From: Antedon mediterranea
Lineage: Eukaryota > Animalia > Echinodermata
Direction: 5' to 3'
NCBI RefSeq assembly: GCF_964355755.1
Contig: NC_092673.1
Span: 22,131,648-22,195,647, forward strand
DNA length: 64,000 bases
The notes under the pieces were generated by a model, which was not told the origin of the DNA, did not search any database, and worked only from the letters and a program-made list of their open reading frames with translations. Positions 12,401 through 24,500 of the stretch are shown in pieces (the stretch's first letter is position 1; the number at the start of each line of letters is the position of its first letter). Made by a program: the position numbers and the translations under genes.

Positions 12401-15400
12401 CGAGCACTTTATTGTTGATCTGAATGTTGGAGTGTTTTACCTTTCTTTTATCATCCGCAGTCTCTTTGATTTTACACTTTTGACTTTCATCTCGTGTTTG
12501 CATTAAGTGTGGTTGAAATGTTGGATGCTTTTGGTCTAACACTGGTAACTTTGTTCTAATTGGACGGCCAAATAATGCGGTAGCAGGTGGAACGTTTGTA
12601 GTGCTATGAGGAGTGGACCTGTAACTCCTTAGAAAAGCGTGCATATCTTTTTGCCATTGGTTGGAAGTGTGTAGTAGTTTCTTGAATGTTTTGACAAATC
12701 GCTCGGCTTCACCGTTGGCTTCTGGCCAAAGTGGAGTAACTTTGCGATGCTTGAAACCAAACTGCTGAGCAAAACGTTGGAACTCGAAACTGTTAAAGGG
12801 TGGACCATTGTCTGTCTTGACCACCTTTGGTATACCAAACATTGAAAATACTTTATCTAATTTTGGAATCACAACTTTAGCTGCTGTGGAGTGAACAACT
12901 TCCACTACCGGATATCTTGAATATTCATCGACAATGATCAATGCATATTTAGTGCCCACCTGTGCAAAATCCATACAAATTTCTTGCCATGGTCCTTCTG
13001 GCAACTGTGTCATACGCAGCGGTTCTCTTTGTTTTGAAGTTGTGGCAATTTGGCACTCAACACACTTTTAACTGTATTTTCTGAAAGACTGTCCATTTTG
13101 GGAAACCATACTTTGTCTTGAAGAAGCGATTTTGTTTTAACAATGCCCTGATGGCCCTCATGTGCCAATGCAACAACACGGTTTTGCAGACTTTCTGGAA
13201 TCACTATTATGTGACCACGTAGAATTAAGTTGTCAAACAAGGTTAGTTCATCGCGAACAAAGGCAAATCTCTTGACAATGTCATTTTTCCATGCAGCTGG
13301 TGAGTTTGCCATTATAGCTTTTTTAACAGCTTGAAGAGTCACATCATCATTTGTGGCTTTGCTAACTTCTTCTACTGAAAGTGCAAGTGGCATAGCAGAA
13401 TTGACTACATATAATGCATGTTTTAATTCACCTGAGCGACTCACAAAATCATCATTATCTTGTGACGTCACATCTTGACACATAGTCTGCAGGATTGTTC
13501 TTTCCCTTTTCATAGTATACCGTGAAGTCAAAGCATTGGAGTCTCAATCTCCAATTTTCAATTCTTGTTGATGCTTCAGACCGCGGGTTGTTGAAAATTG
13601 CCAACAGTGGCTTATGATCAGTAACAACACTGAAATGTTTTGACTTGGGGGCCGACTTGACATGGGGCCGACTTGACTTTGGCCGAGACGGTTTGGGGCC
13701 TACTTTACCTGCACCCTAGCTAGGCTTATTTTTGTAGGCCTGGCCTAGTTGTAAACAGCAGCGACGTACGGACATTGTACGCTAGCTATGGGCCTAGCCT
13801 GACGTTGTCTAGTTGCTGCATTAATTGTCTTTTTGTTTTTGCCAGTATCCGTTAATACCTAATAATAATTTTTAAAAATAGTTTTGGTCCTACTGACATT
13901 TTAGAGTGAAACATTCTAACCACCCTGTGATGAACTGAATAGTAATTCAATTTTAAAATATAAAGATGAAGAAATCATCCTCGGCGTGGTTTTGGTAGTC
14001 CAAAGAGTCACGATACAATCTAACATTTGTTTTCTTTTTTGAAAGCAAAATATCTATTATTATTGCTACTAATTTTTTCGCGTATTTTACGTATCTCCTC
14101 TGAAACCACTGAACGGTACGCGTTCACATTTGGCACACTGATGTTTATTGATGGGCCGCACACTAAAAATGGCAAAAAATAACAGTAATTTGACGTCTCA
14201 GCGGCCATGACTGGGAAGAATTTTTGTGAAGTCACGTTGTCTCTAGAGGGTATTCAGTTGCATGTCAACAGGTTGAGGTCACACACAAACAGCACATTAA
14301 AGTTCAAAATTTACCGTTTTTAAATGGGCATGTGAATCATAATTAAAGAACTATTTTAATTTGTATGTATTTTTGCAATTAAAGGACATCTTTTTAATAA
14401 TTAATCATAAATATATCTGAAGAAAGAACAATGATTAATTTTAAAATGTCGAGCAGCGTTTTTTAGAAGAATATTTCTAGTATTCGTTTAAACCCTAGTG
14501 CACCTATACCGTAGTTGATAACAAATGATGAGATATAGTACAGCGAATTTCTGTTTACTAATTTATTAAATTTTGGAAATGGATTCATTTATAGAAATAA
14601 CTGAGCCGAGTTTGCAGAAAATGAATATAAAATTCCAAGCATTCTTTATCCATTATTTTCAAATAAACACATTGATTTAATTAAGGACAATTTTTCTGCT
14701 AAGACGGTTTGATAAATAAGCTTAAGTTATTTGCTTAAGCACTTCTTAAATATTTCAGCTTAAGCAAAAATATAAGCAAATATTGATAAATGCCAACCCT
14801 GGTACTATAAAGTTAAGTGTATTTGCTATGAACTTTTTATTTGCTTTAAAAAAAATCCATTCACTCAAGATATATGATACTACCTTCACAGTCACGCCCA
14901 TTTGGTTTCAACACATATCCCGTGTTACATTCACAATAGTAACTTCCATCTGCCTCCCTGCATTGGTGTTCACAACCACCGTTGGTGTCTCTACATTCAG
15001 TGATGATATCTTTAAAAATTTAAATTATTATGGGGTTAAACAAAAATGTCTTGGACAAACCTCATTCAGTGTAGATAGTAATAAAAGACAGTATTGAAAT
15101 AAAAAGATGCTTAACATTATTAATGCTCTTTGTCAAGATTTGAGCCTCATTCTCATCTCATTCCTCATTTATTATAGTAAACTAAACTACTAAAGGATAT
15201 ATTTCATTGTTTCAAAACTTTTTACAAGAACCAATTGTCATGGTAATATGTAATATTTAATAATCTAATACATAGAAAATGAATTTCTTTTAAGTTCTTA
15301 TCTTACTAACGAAATTGGTAAAACTGTTTATTGTTGTGTAACTTACCTAGACATTGTGTTCCTTGAAATCCACTGTAGCACTCACAAGTGTCAGGATCCA

Positions 15401-18400
15401 CGCATGTTCCACCAACACCACAATAGTCGGGTGGGCATATTGCTATAGAAAGATCGTTATGAGATAAAATAAACCAAAAAAGCAAAGGAAAGTTAAGGGT
15501 TACTTATATACATTAAAAGTGTTGGAACAGTTATAAAAATGCTTTATTAAAGCCAGCCAAATTAAATTCACCTGAAAATGATATAAACTATTATTATAAA
15601 AACTCACGAATTGTACAGCCTCCTAATCCATCTTCAGCCCAACCGCTACAACAAAAATAGTTTGTCGAGTACACGTTCAAATACTGGGTGCGGTATGATA
15701 GGGTATATCCACGACTTCGTATCATATGTAATACAGAGCAACAGTAAAAAGAAATAAAAATGATGTAAAAAATTAATAAACTAAAAAAAGTATAATAACA
15801 CAGTTCTAAAATAATATACTGTGATATAAATTATTTCCAAAATTGCCAAAACACTATGAATTAAGAAATACGGTAACTAGAACAAAAAGATGTGCAAACA
15901 GGTGAACAACTTTTCAGGAGAGAGAAAACATACTGGATCTTTTTTTTTAATGGTTAGATTGGCTTTTATAGTACGTCACCCATTTTATTTAATTAATAGA
16001 TTGCTGCTGCCAAATTATTTCAGAAGTAATGGTTCCTCCTCTACAATCTCACATCTAGAGTTGATGAGAATGAGTTTTCTTTTACGTTATAATGACGATT
16101 GCGAAATCAGCGCTGCCTTTTTGTTGTTGAAGTTGTGAACACAAAACAACACAACTTGAATTGTGAGAAACTTCAGAAGTCTATTTATAAATATTTATAA
16201 AATAGTCACTCATATGCTTATTATACATACTTGATTGTTTATTATTTACCCGTATATTGTGCAGCGACCCCATCCTAAAAAGCCACACGTCGTGACACGT
16301 GTAGTCTCATGAGAGACTGAGTAGGAGACTGCACGTGAATGTCGGGCAGATTCTTGCCTACTACAGACATTTACTCTAAAAAAGGATAATTTGTAGATCC
16401 AAAATTATTTATTTTCGAAATAATAATAATAATTAATTTATAAATAACAAGGCCATATACATGGCTGCAGTCGCGTGTTCAAATTTGAGTTGGTGTTTAC
16501 CGAAACGATATAGATGATAAAATTTGTGAGAATGAGAAAGCCTCAACTGAGATTCGAACCCGGAACCTTCTGCTTGATATGCAGATGTTCTAACCATTAG
16601 ACCACTGGGGCTTTCATGGTATTGTTCAAACTCGATTGGATGGCGACTCTTTAACATTCTCGGCGTGGTACGGCGGAACAGCACTAGTCCCTCAATTGTA
16701 CGCACGCGCACCAGAGATCAAATTGAACGCCCTCATCTTTCAGTATTTTATTCACGAAGCGGGATCTCCTTAGAGAGATACTTATATAGATATATAAACA
16801 CATCAGGCACAGAACATGAATTCTGAACCGCCCGAATGAGAAAAATCCCCAAACAAGATTCGAACTCGGAACCTTCTGCTTGATATACAGATGTCTTAAC
16901 CATTAGTTTTCAGTTCAGTTTAAGATTTTATTTCACACATAAATATAACACAATACATACATTTTTCTTTTTTTAAATATAAATGATAAAAAAATGTGTG
17001 TGGAGATTGCATTAAGCCACTTTGGCTTTGGGTCTGAACCTCCAAATGAAACAAATATATACATGTAAAATAGTAATGACTGAAAATAAGCAAGAAAAAA
17101 TACAATTTATGCACTTATAAAAAGTTCTTAGTGCAAAAAGAAGAGGGAAAAAAAAAACTAAAGTGCATAACTATGAATTAATAATTGTTTATATTTTTTT
17201 TTAAGAAGCTAAAGTATTAGAACACTAGGGTTTTCATGGTATTGTTCAAACTCGATTGGATAGCGACTCTTTAACATTCTCGGCGTGGTACGGCGGAACA
17301 GCACTATAGAGCAAAGCAGCCATTCCGGCAAGCAAGTTACGCGATCACATACCCCGGGAGTGTATAATAAACCATTGAACCACATCCACGTGTGACGTGT
17401 TATTGTTTGTTCGGGAAGTTTTCTCGTGTTGTATCGGGTAAATTGTAGTGGTAAGTTTTCAGAATATATATTTTTTTGCTAGTAAACATTAACAAAATTA
17501 TTAAATTGTTGTATAAATTTATTTCAGGCAGGCATTTCTTCGCAATCCGATCTAGGGCCTAGATAGTAGTAAGCCTAGGCATATTTAATGCCCAATACTA
17601 GTTAGTACTGTATTATTTAAAAAAAAAGTCTGGGAGGATGAATGATATTGGCGGCTGGCTTGATAGATGGATTAAACAAGGCTTGGATGGATGGAAAATT
17701 AAGAAAAAAGCTGAAGCTGTTCGGGAATTAAGAGTTTTTAATAAAAATGTACGAAGACAAAATGGCGTTTTATTAATAATAACATTAACAGAAATAATTA
17801 AATGTAATGAAATAAAAAATCGTTATAAAACAATAAAATCACAGGGTAGGTAGGTCTACTAAACCTGATCATGGTGTTATTGTTTTTTTTTATTTAATAA
17901 ATTTAAATTATAAATTTGATCCTCATATTTATTTTGTTCTTCATCTTTATTTGAAAAATATTTAGTTAATTAATGTAAACATTTTTGAATACTCACTAGT
18001 CTTATTATTGGCATTATTTCTTGATAACTTATATTTATACAACTGAACAATCTAGGTTTTCACACATTTAAATTACAAATAGTATATTGACTTTTGTTTT
18101 GAATTTAAGAATGTATAGTATTTTAAAATACTATAATAAGTAATCAAATGATTATGTAACAGTTCGAAAAGTGACTAAATAATTTAATGATATATTTTCC
18201 CTATTTCAGAAAGATATCAGTCTGTCATCATTCCCTATTTCAGAAAGATATCAGTTTGTCATCATACTGTATAATTACTATTGAGAAGATGGATGATTGA
18301 GTGCACAGTGGTATTTTAGACAAGAATTAAATACAAAGGCCAGAACTGATGGACAATTATATTTTAATACTAATAGTAATAATAATTTATATTTTTGATT

Positions 18401-20550
18401 CTTGAAAAGGAGCAGTATCCTATGGGATTACAAATAAAATCACTATTTTCATACACCTCATTGTTCACATACGTAGACTTTAAAGTGAAAGGAAATAACC
18501 AGAATTCATGATTGAAAATGTTCATCTGGTTTGTAGGTATAGTATATTGGAAATATTCTTTTTTCCAAACCAATAATTAGTAAAACTAACCTTGACAGTT
18601 TCGCTGTCCTGATCGGACAGCTTCTTCAGAAATAATGACGATCTATCATCAAACAGACTGACCTCTAGAGGGCCTATTCTGTTTAATGACACGCAAAAAG
18701 ACCAAGTTGACAAATTGAAAGTGGCTAATTGCGTCTACGAAATCTCATGTGCTAATTGTGATCACACCTACATTGGAGAAATGAGTCGTTGTTTTGGCAC
18801 AAGGTTAAAAGAACATAGAAAAGAAACAGATAACCCAACAGAGAAAGAACTTCACTCGTCAATCACATCGAGAATCAAAAAATGAACTGAGAAAATCAGC
18901 TATAGCAGATCATGCCGTCAAGTTAAATCACATAATAGACTGGACACAACCTAAAATCATCGACAGGGAACCAGATACAAACAACCGACGCATCAGAGAA
19001 GCCATCTGGATCCGCCGACGAGGAAACCAAATCATCAACAGAGACGAGGGCACCCACCAACTCAGTCACGTGTATGACCTTGTCATTAAACAGAATAGGC
19101 CCTCTAGAGGTCAGTCTGTTTGATGATAGATCGTCATTATTTCTGAAGAAGCTGTCCGATCAGGACAGCGAAACTGTCAAGGTTAGTTTTACTAATTATT
19201 GGTTTGGAAAAAAGAATATTTCCAATATATAACCAGAATTCAGTTATTATCAGTACTGTTGTTTAGGCCTATTGGCTTCTTTTGCAATACAAGAAATCAA
19301 AATAATTATATAATTTTCCTTGTATTTAAGAAGGCTAAAACCATACATTGGTAATTTATTTATTGAGTGTATTTAATTATTTCATATCGTTTAATACTTT
19401 ATAAACAACTTTGAAGTTAGATTTTTCAGTCTTTTTATTGAATTTTAATCCTGTCCGTAATATTGAAAGTTGAGCTAATAAAAGTAGGTTGTCCCACAAA
19501 AGAACAAATTATGATTATGAATTTTTTTAAATAATATTTAATACTTTTACTTTTTTGAAATAAAAAAAAACGTAACAATTGTTTTTGTATCTAGTAATGT
19601 ATGTACAGTATACTACAGTTGTGGCAGATCGTAGTAAAATTCCCCTTGCAATGAAATAACTTTGTAAATTGTTGGCCTAAAGCACACAAAATAGAAAGAG
19701 ATAGGGTCCGAACAGGGGAAAGAACATCCCCCTGCCCCATTAATTAAAAAAAAAAAATTAAAAGGACAGTTTTGAACAATATATTTGGCAATTATTACAA
19801 TTCATCTCCAAAAAATGCTTCTCTCGCACATAAACTGTGCCATCATCCCAGCCTAGGCCAAACGCGGCCGACCTTGGGCGTGAAGTGGGTAGCATCGCGC
19901 TGCGCCCCGCGACACTATTTATAACTATGCCTCAACCGACTGCCTACAAAATTTGTTCTCCATACAGTCAGTGTTTATTCTGTAGCCGTTTGAGGTTGGA
20001 CAGTGATATACGCATATGTAAGTGTAATATCAAATGGAGTAAATTTATATAATCGAATGTTATAATAGATGTTCTTTCATTTTGACGCAAAAGATAAAAT
20101 AAAGTCGTACTGTTTATCGCGTAGATGTAAATCCTATTTGTTTACATTGATTTAGGTGGCGTGCCGCATTGCCTACTGGGTAATCCGCTTGCCGGAATGG
20201 CTGCCCATGCAATTATCATTTTTCGATCTTTCCTATAGAGTCCCTCAATTATACGCACGCACACGCGTGATGCTTTCTCACTTTATTTTCACAGTGCACA
20301 ATCTTTTTAAAACTAAAACTCGAATTTGAAATTAACAGTTTTGCCCCACTCAATCAACTAATGTTTTACGTTTCATAAACGTACAAATCTGTGTAATGTA
20401 AGACAATGACTTTTGTTTACCAAACTCTTTAATATCGGATATAGGCCTAAAGCAGTAAAAACAAACTTAAAAGTTAACTTACCGTCCTGGGCTCGGTACA
20501 GAAATAATAATGTTAACTAATGAAAGAAATATCAACAACGAAAACATCAT
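453..20550 (-). CDS. Spliced adhesion-GPCR-like gene, 5' part (SP - partial EMI - EGF - cbEGF - Ser/Thr stalk - GAIN subdomain A); continues left of window
   Basis: Seven GT-AG exons with consistent phases and no stops: 20550-20483 (MMFSLLIFLSLVNIIISVPSPG), 15714-15608 (RGYTLSYRTQYLNVYSTNYFCCSGWAEDGLGGCTI), 15442-15347 (ICPPDYCGVGGTCVDPDTCECYSGFQGTQCL), 15009-14884 (DIITECRDTNGGCEHQCREADGSYYCECNTGYVLKPNGRDCE), 3918-3814 (S/T/P-rich), 1162-1125 (ETNLTTKIRNLTK), 599-453 (SVDEENVEEVAIELEKIVEETGGDLELDNVQEVSEALETIT). The last exon resembles the 63862 exon of the other gene. GPCR identity is inferred; 7TM not in window. Confidence 0.75.
781..960 (-). mobile_element. L2/CR1-type LINE 3' end remnant
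   Basis: Minus strand reads WNHLPMNIKQTSSLSTFKSVLKTH (WNxLP C-terminal motif), followed by an (ATTG)n tail at 781-800. Confidence 0.6.
1228..3590 (+). mobile_element. 5'-truncated CR1/L2-clade LINE (RT C-half and 3' UTR) with internal tandem triplication
   Basis: GVPQGSVLGPLLFLLYV, frameshifted ADD, LYKALILP...LERVQRKATR, FPRLWEQLP; 3' AATAAA and (ATT)n near 3570-3590. Confidence 0.9.
1261..3071 (+). repeat. Tandem repeat of a 684-bp LINE segment (3 copies; first copy has a 235-bp deletion)
   Basis: TGGATTTAGG recurs at 1261, 1710 and 2394; ORFs 1947-2372 and 2631-3056 are identical. Confidence 0.95.
3990..4600 (-). mobile_element. Degenerate LINE RT fragment (CR1/L2 group)
   Basis: ORF 4104-4340 HDILIHKFANYGIRGLPLKLTKNYLSSRFQF...CGVSKGSILGP matches the RT region leading to GVPQGS; boundaries approximate. 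Confidence 0.75.
4641..4765 (-). mobile_element. Short HINE/DINE-1-like non-autonomous repeat
   Basis: Reverse complement of the 11313-12024 termini: CAAGGCCATATACATGGCTGCAGTCGCGTG, (ACCG)n-like tract, terminal hairpin next to a poly-T/A run. Confidence 0.55.
5170..6040 (+). mobile_element. RTE-clade LINE, 5'-truncated
   Basis: LRYADDAALM, MNAKKTK, LEEVDNFMYLG, CETWVL, KRRRGRPR; short 3' UTR ending in a GAC/GAT repeat tail. Confidence 0.9.
6403..10041 (+). pseudogene. pol: gag-pol of the Mag-like Gypsy (several stops and frameshifts)
   Basis: gag start MGETFRRPNQLSFERNVAENW*; protease KLDTGAKCNV (7060-7623); RT IIVDDLLI (7652-8215); RNase H TCDASKYGLG...YAQIEKE (8399-9022); integrase HHCC and DDE core TDNGGQY (9220-10041). 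Confidence 0.93.
10316..10396 (+). mobile_element. 81-bp Penelope pLTR fragment inserted in the Gypsy 3' region
   Basis: Near-identical to 19149-19229; flanked by a 13-bp direct repeat CATATTGAATCAG (10303-10315 / 10397-10409). Confidence 0.85.
11048..13640 (-). mobile_element. Second Gypsy element, 3' part only (RNase H end, integrase, PPT, 3' LTR)
   Basis: Integrase ORFs 13531-13010 (HEGHQG zinc finger) and 13013-12126 (VDEYSR, TDNGPPF, NGEAER); purine tract AAGGGGGAGA, then LTR TGTAATG...CATCACA (11180-11048). Confidence 0.9.
11313..12024 (+). mobile_element. HINE/DINE-1-like (Helentron-associated) insertion inside the second Gypsy
   Basis: 5' AACAAGGCCATATAGATGGCTGCAGTCGCGTG, (ACCG/ACAG)n microsatellites, 3' hairpin AGTCGTGTCCACGCGACT before an A-run; same termini at 4641-4765 and 16446-16503. 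Family label inferred from structure. Confidence 0.55.
13640..13716. repeat. Terminal repeat cluster of a Mutator-like MITE end truncating the second Gypsy
   Basis: Repeated GGGGCCGACTTGAC-like ~15-bp units ending in ...CCTGCACCC. Confidence 0.4.
16503..16905 (-). mobile_element. (TA)n-associated repeat with internal tRNA-like cloverleaf (two adjacent partial copies)
   Basis: Cloverleaf 16611-16540; homologous segments at 17225-17305 + 20239-20262, 24245-24420 and 61782-62058. Confidence 0.75.
18509..19228 (+). mobile_element. Penelope-like element (family 1), 3' part: GIY-YIG endonuclease, pLTR and inverted 5' pLTR
   Basis: NCVYEISCANCDHTYIGE...GTRLKEH...SAIADH...IREAIWIR...INRDEG at about 18716-19120; 18545-18686 is the reverse complement of 19082-19228; 14-bp flanking duplication ATAACCAGAATTCA (18495-18508 / 19229-19242). 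Confidence 0.92.
19138..19181 (+). ncRNA. Minimal hammerhead ribozyme motif in Penelope pLTR (inverted copy near 18590-18635)
   Basis: CTGAAGA - stem II GCTGTCC/GGACAGC - GAAA - CTGTC; typical PLE minimal HHR core. Confidence 0.75.
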
Positions 20551-20669
20551 TACATCGTGTATGCAATCAATACATTTAATTGTCTGGTGTAACTGCCTTA
20601 ATAAAACGAAATATACGCTTTTAGAAGCAGCAATTTACTCCGATGTGACGTGTTGTATGTTGTTCTCAG

Positions 20670-20680
20670 CTTATATACAA
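20670..20680 (-). promoter_or_regulatory. Candidate TATA box of the minus-strand gene
   Basis: TGTATATAAG on the minus strand about 120 bp upstream of ATG 20550; the motif is common in AT-rich DNA, so support is weak. Confidence 0.35.
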
Positions 20681-21256
20681 CCATGAAACAAAAAATACAA
20701 TCAGATCACGTTTTCAATATTTTTATTTTAACACTACTTCCTGTTTCTCTTGTTTGATTTTAAATTTCATCATATAAAATCATCATAAACATGATATTTT
20801 TAGACTAGTGTTATCTTTTATGAACTTTAATGAAGTGTAAAAACCTGAATCTATATTTATTGCATGCAAACGTCATTAGTATTTTGGGGTACAAACTTCC
20901 CAATATTTGAGAAGGGACCCAATGTTAGGAGGAAACAGCAGCAATTTACTAGTATATTTGCACTAAAATTCGATTTAAAAAAAACAACGTATTTCTGCCT
21001 GTCGCTAGGACAGTTATTAAAAATTCAGATTTCATTATTTTTCTGTTCTAATTTACGACCTTCCCACACCACTACAAAACGTGAAGTGAATTTACCAGAA
21101 TGGATCAATAAGTTGTGTCAGCCAGTCTTGGGTTTTAATTCCATCAATATCTTCAATATATTCGATATTAGAGTTGTTCAGTTATAAAGGAAATATGTCG
21201 GCCATCTTGTAATTAATCACTCTCATGCATTATTCATGATTTCTGTCTCAAACGAA

Positions 21257-21581
21257 ATATCGCCGGCTGCGATTTTTTTTTGTACATAAGTTGGGGACCC
21301 AATGTGAAAGATAGCCGAACTACTTCCTAAATATAACTAAACCTAACCCTCTAAATAATCTCTCTCAATATAAAGTAAAAAGGAGATTCGAACCCCATAC
21401 ATCGACATGTAAAGTCCATAGTCTAATCCACTAAAGACTACACAGATGGCTCGACAGGAAAAAAGCGTTTGCATTATAGCTCAATTCTTATGGATATGAC
21501 TAATGAATATTCATGTTTATTTTGTGACGTTTAATGAAGGGTCCCCAACTTATGTACGAAAAGATATATCGCGTCCCGGCT
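21257..21581. mobile_element. Small MITE-like element with a tRNA-derived remnant inside
   Basis: Inverted repeat GTACATAAGTTGGGGACCC (21282-21300) / GGGTCCCCAACTTATGTAC (21539-21557); minus-strand B-box GGTTCGAATC near 21385. Confidence 0.55.
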
Positions 21582-24500
21582 ATCAAAACTAAATCATTGA
21601 AAAAGCACGACTTCTGTGTTCTTTCGTATGATGAAAATACTTTGAACTTAATGGTTAAGTTTGTCTTCAGTTAACTCAGTCCAGCTGAATGGAATTAATC
21701 TACCTGCATTTGAATACACCTAGTCAATGTTCACCCTATTTGTAATTTATGGGGTAGGCCTAGGCCTACAGTCTGCATGATACTACCCGAAAATAATGTT
21801 ATTTTATCCCCCACAGATTAAACAAAAATATATATATTATTATCGTAAAATTCCTTAGTTTTCTCGATGTAATTAAGTTGAAAAACTTGTTCTGATCATT
21901 TACTTGTTTTCCCACAAATATATATTTTCTTAATTTAACGATGGAAATTTTGAGGTGCTAAGTGCAAATAATTTAGGTAATTTCCCCATCTAGTTTTCGT
22001 GTGAAAATTATTCTTTCCATTGTTTCCAAAATACTGAAATGATTATTTGTATAGTCGTAAAAATGACTTTTGTTTGGTAACGATATGTACTGGTTGACTT
22101 AAAACGTACCTTGTTAAAATCTTTTGTTCTTTTATGCAGCTTCAGCGAATAATCCAGGCTATTTCAACATTTTGTAATACAATTAATGTTGTTATTTAGA
22201 TAATAGACTGGAATGGACGCTTCTCATAGATTAGGGCGGCCAACTGTTATAATGAAAGGTATAACCTGTCCATACTATTTATACACTTACAATAACAATC
22301 AAGCAAGCTTCTTAGTTATGTTTTAACTGCACAATATAATAAACTGTGATTACATTACTGCCTACATTATAAACTCGGAATGTAATTTGAATATCTAGTC
22401 TACACTAGCAAACTTTTGTTTGCAACTCCGAGCTTGCCACTGCTTGGAGAGGTGTTGTATACTGGAGACTGTGCATCTAAACATCACGCAATCACCACTG
22501 TGCCAAGTCATGATTGCGATCCTCAAATAGACAGCCGCCATAAAGCCCAATTACTTTTCCAAACAGTAACAACCGGCAGAATTTAAAACTAGCACAAATC
22601 CGGCGGTCACATTTATTATTTTATTAATTTCAAACATATTTATACAGGATAAAAACATATCAGATATAGATGTACATATGTTCCTGTTTTTAGAACAATA
22701 AGTTAGCATACATAAAACACTAATAAGACCTGAAAAATCACAGTATGCATATAAAACATGGATGTATAGGCCTACATGAATTAATACATTTTTGTGAATA
22801 TGTTTTTGAAAACTTCTTTTATTGTGTTTCATATTATTTGAACACAGGATTTACATGTTTAGCCAGACAGAAGCATGGCATTTAAATAATAAAACATTAA
22901 TAATTGCTACATTCAAGATTATACTGGTTAAACATATAATGTCCACTTGAAAAAAAAAAGATTTTTAGTAACTGTTTTTGTTGAAAATGCCATTTTAATG
23001 TCACATAAAATTGTATTTTGTAAAATTTAACCGTTTGTGTTGTCTTTTTATAAGTGAAAATATAATTGGTTTTTTTCTACGGAAGTGATTAACTTTATTA
23101 AAACTGCAAAATGGCCTTTTCAAAGTTTTTTTTAATGATCTTCATTTTTCATGATTTTGAAGGACAATACATCTTTAAGTCTGGTTCCCTAGGACGCAAC
23201 GTAACAACGCGACGTATAATTTGACCAATCACGGCGCAGTGAATTATGATCAATGTTGTTTTTCAGGTGACGTCTGTTCTGTTGTTTTGATTCTTGTGGG
23301 CGGTACTCATTCATGTGTCACGCTAAAATTTGGTGTTTAAATATTTCTAAAACCAAAAACAAAATCAAAATTTAATATAGGTTAAAAAATGAATGAAACT
23401 ATACGTAGACCAAAATTGAATTATTTTGATTTAACCCCAATAGGGTTGGTGAAATTCAGTCCAAAATACGCAGATTTTTTCCCAAAATACGTCAAGTTGA
23501 GGGCGCTATACTAATCCAAAATACGCGAGTCTTTCCAAAATACGTCGACTTGAGGGCGCTATTCATTTTCCAAAATACGCGAATTGTCCAAAATACGTCA
23601 ACTTGAGGGCGCTATTCATTTTCCAAAATACGCGATTTGTCCAAAATACGTCAAATTTTGGGGCGTTAGTAATTTTCCAAAAATACGTCAACTTGAGGTC
23701 ACTATTAATTTTCTAAAATTGGAAAATTATCCAACTATTATCCGCTATCAGTCCAAAATACACAGAATTTTTCCAAAATACGTCAACTTGAGGGCGCTAT
23801 ACTAATACAAAATACGCGAGTCTTTCCAAAATACGTCAACTTGAGGGCGCTAATCATTTTCCTAAATACGCAATTTCTCCAAAATAATTTTTGGGGCACT
23901 TGTTCCAAAACACTTCAACTTGAGGCTACTATTAATTTTCTAAAAATAGAAAAATTATCCAACTTAAAACAACTTTTGTAGCGCTATTAATTTCTACAAT
24001 AAGAAAGTTATCCGACATACCCTCCAACTTAAAGGCACAGTTTACCAAAATGCACAAATTTTCCAAAAAAATATTCGAACCTTCAAAACGCGAGGCTGTT
24101 TTAAAAAATACTATAAAGCATTGTATCTTCAACATTGAAAAGGTGAACCATTTTGGTAAGTTTTAAGTTCAGTTTGTATCATATTAGATAATAGTTCTTG
24201 TAGTAGTCTCATTGGCAATATATCAATATTTGTTGTATGTTAGGATCTTCTGCTTGATATGCAGATGTCCTAACCATTAGACCACTGGCGCTTTCATGGT
24301 ATAGTTCAAACCCTATCTGATAGCGACTCTTTATATTCTCGGCGTGGTACGGCGGAAAAGCACTAGTCCCTTAATTGTATGAACGCACACCAGAGATCAA
24401 ATTGATACGCCCCATCTTATATATATATATATATATATTTATTGTGAAAAATCAAGGTGCAGTTGTGACTCTAAACTAGTCACCTCTTTTTTCCCCTCGT

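Larger units (their letters stand above)
17306..20238. mobile_element. ~2.9-kb non-autonomous TIR element splitting a copy of the tRNA-like repeat
   Basis: The repeat sequence ...CAGCACT|AGTCCCTC... is split at 17305/20239; perfect 18-bp subterminal inverted repeat GCAGCCATTCCGGCAAGC (17316-17333 / 20187-20204). No transposase recognised. Confidence 0.65.

Noticed and set aside
23455-23960. ORF 23584-23805 and repeat-spacer appearance
   Set aside because: Translation of TIR subrepeats; the intervening segments are themselves repeated.
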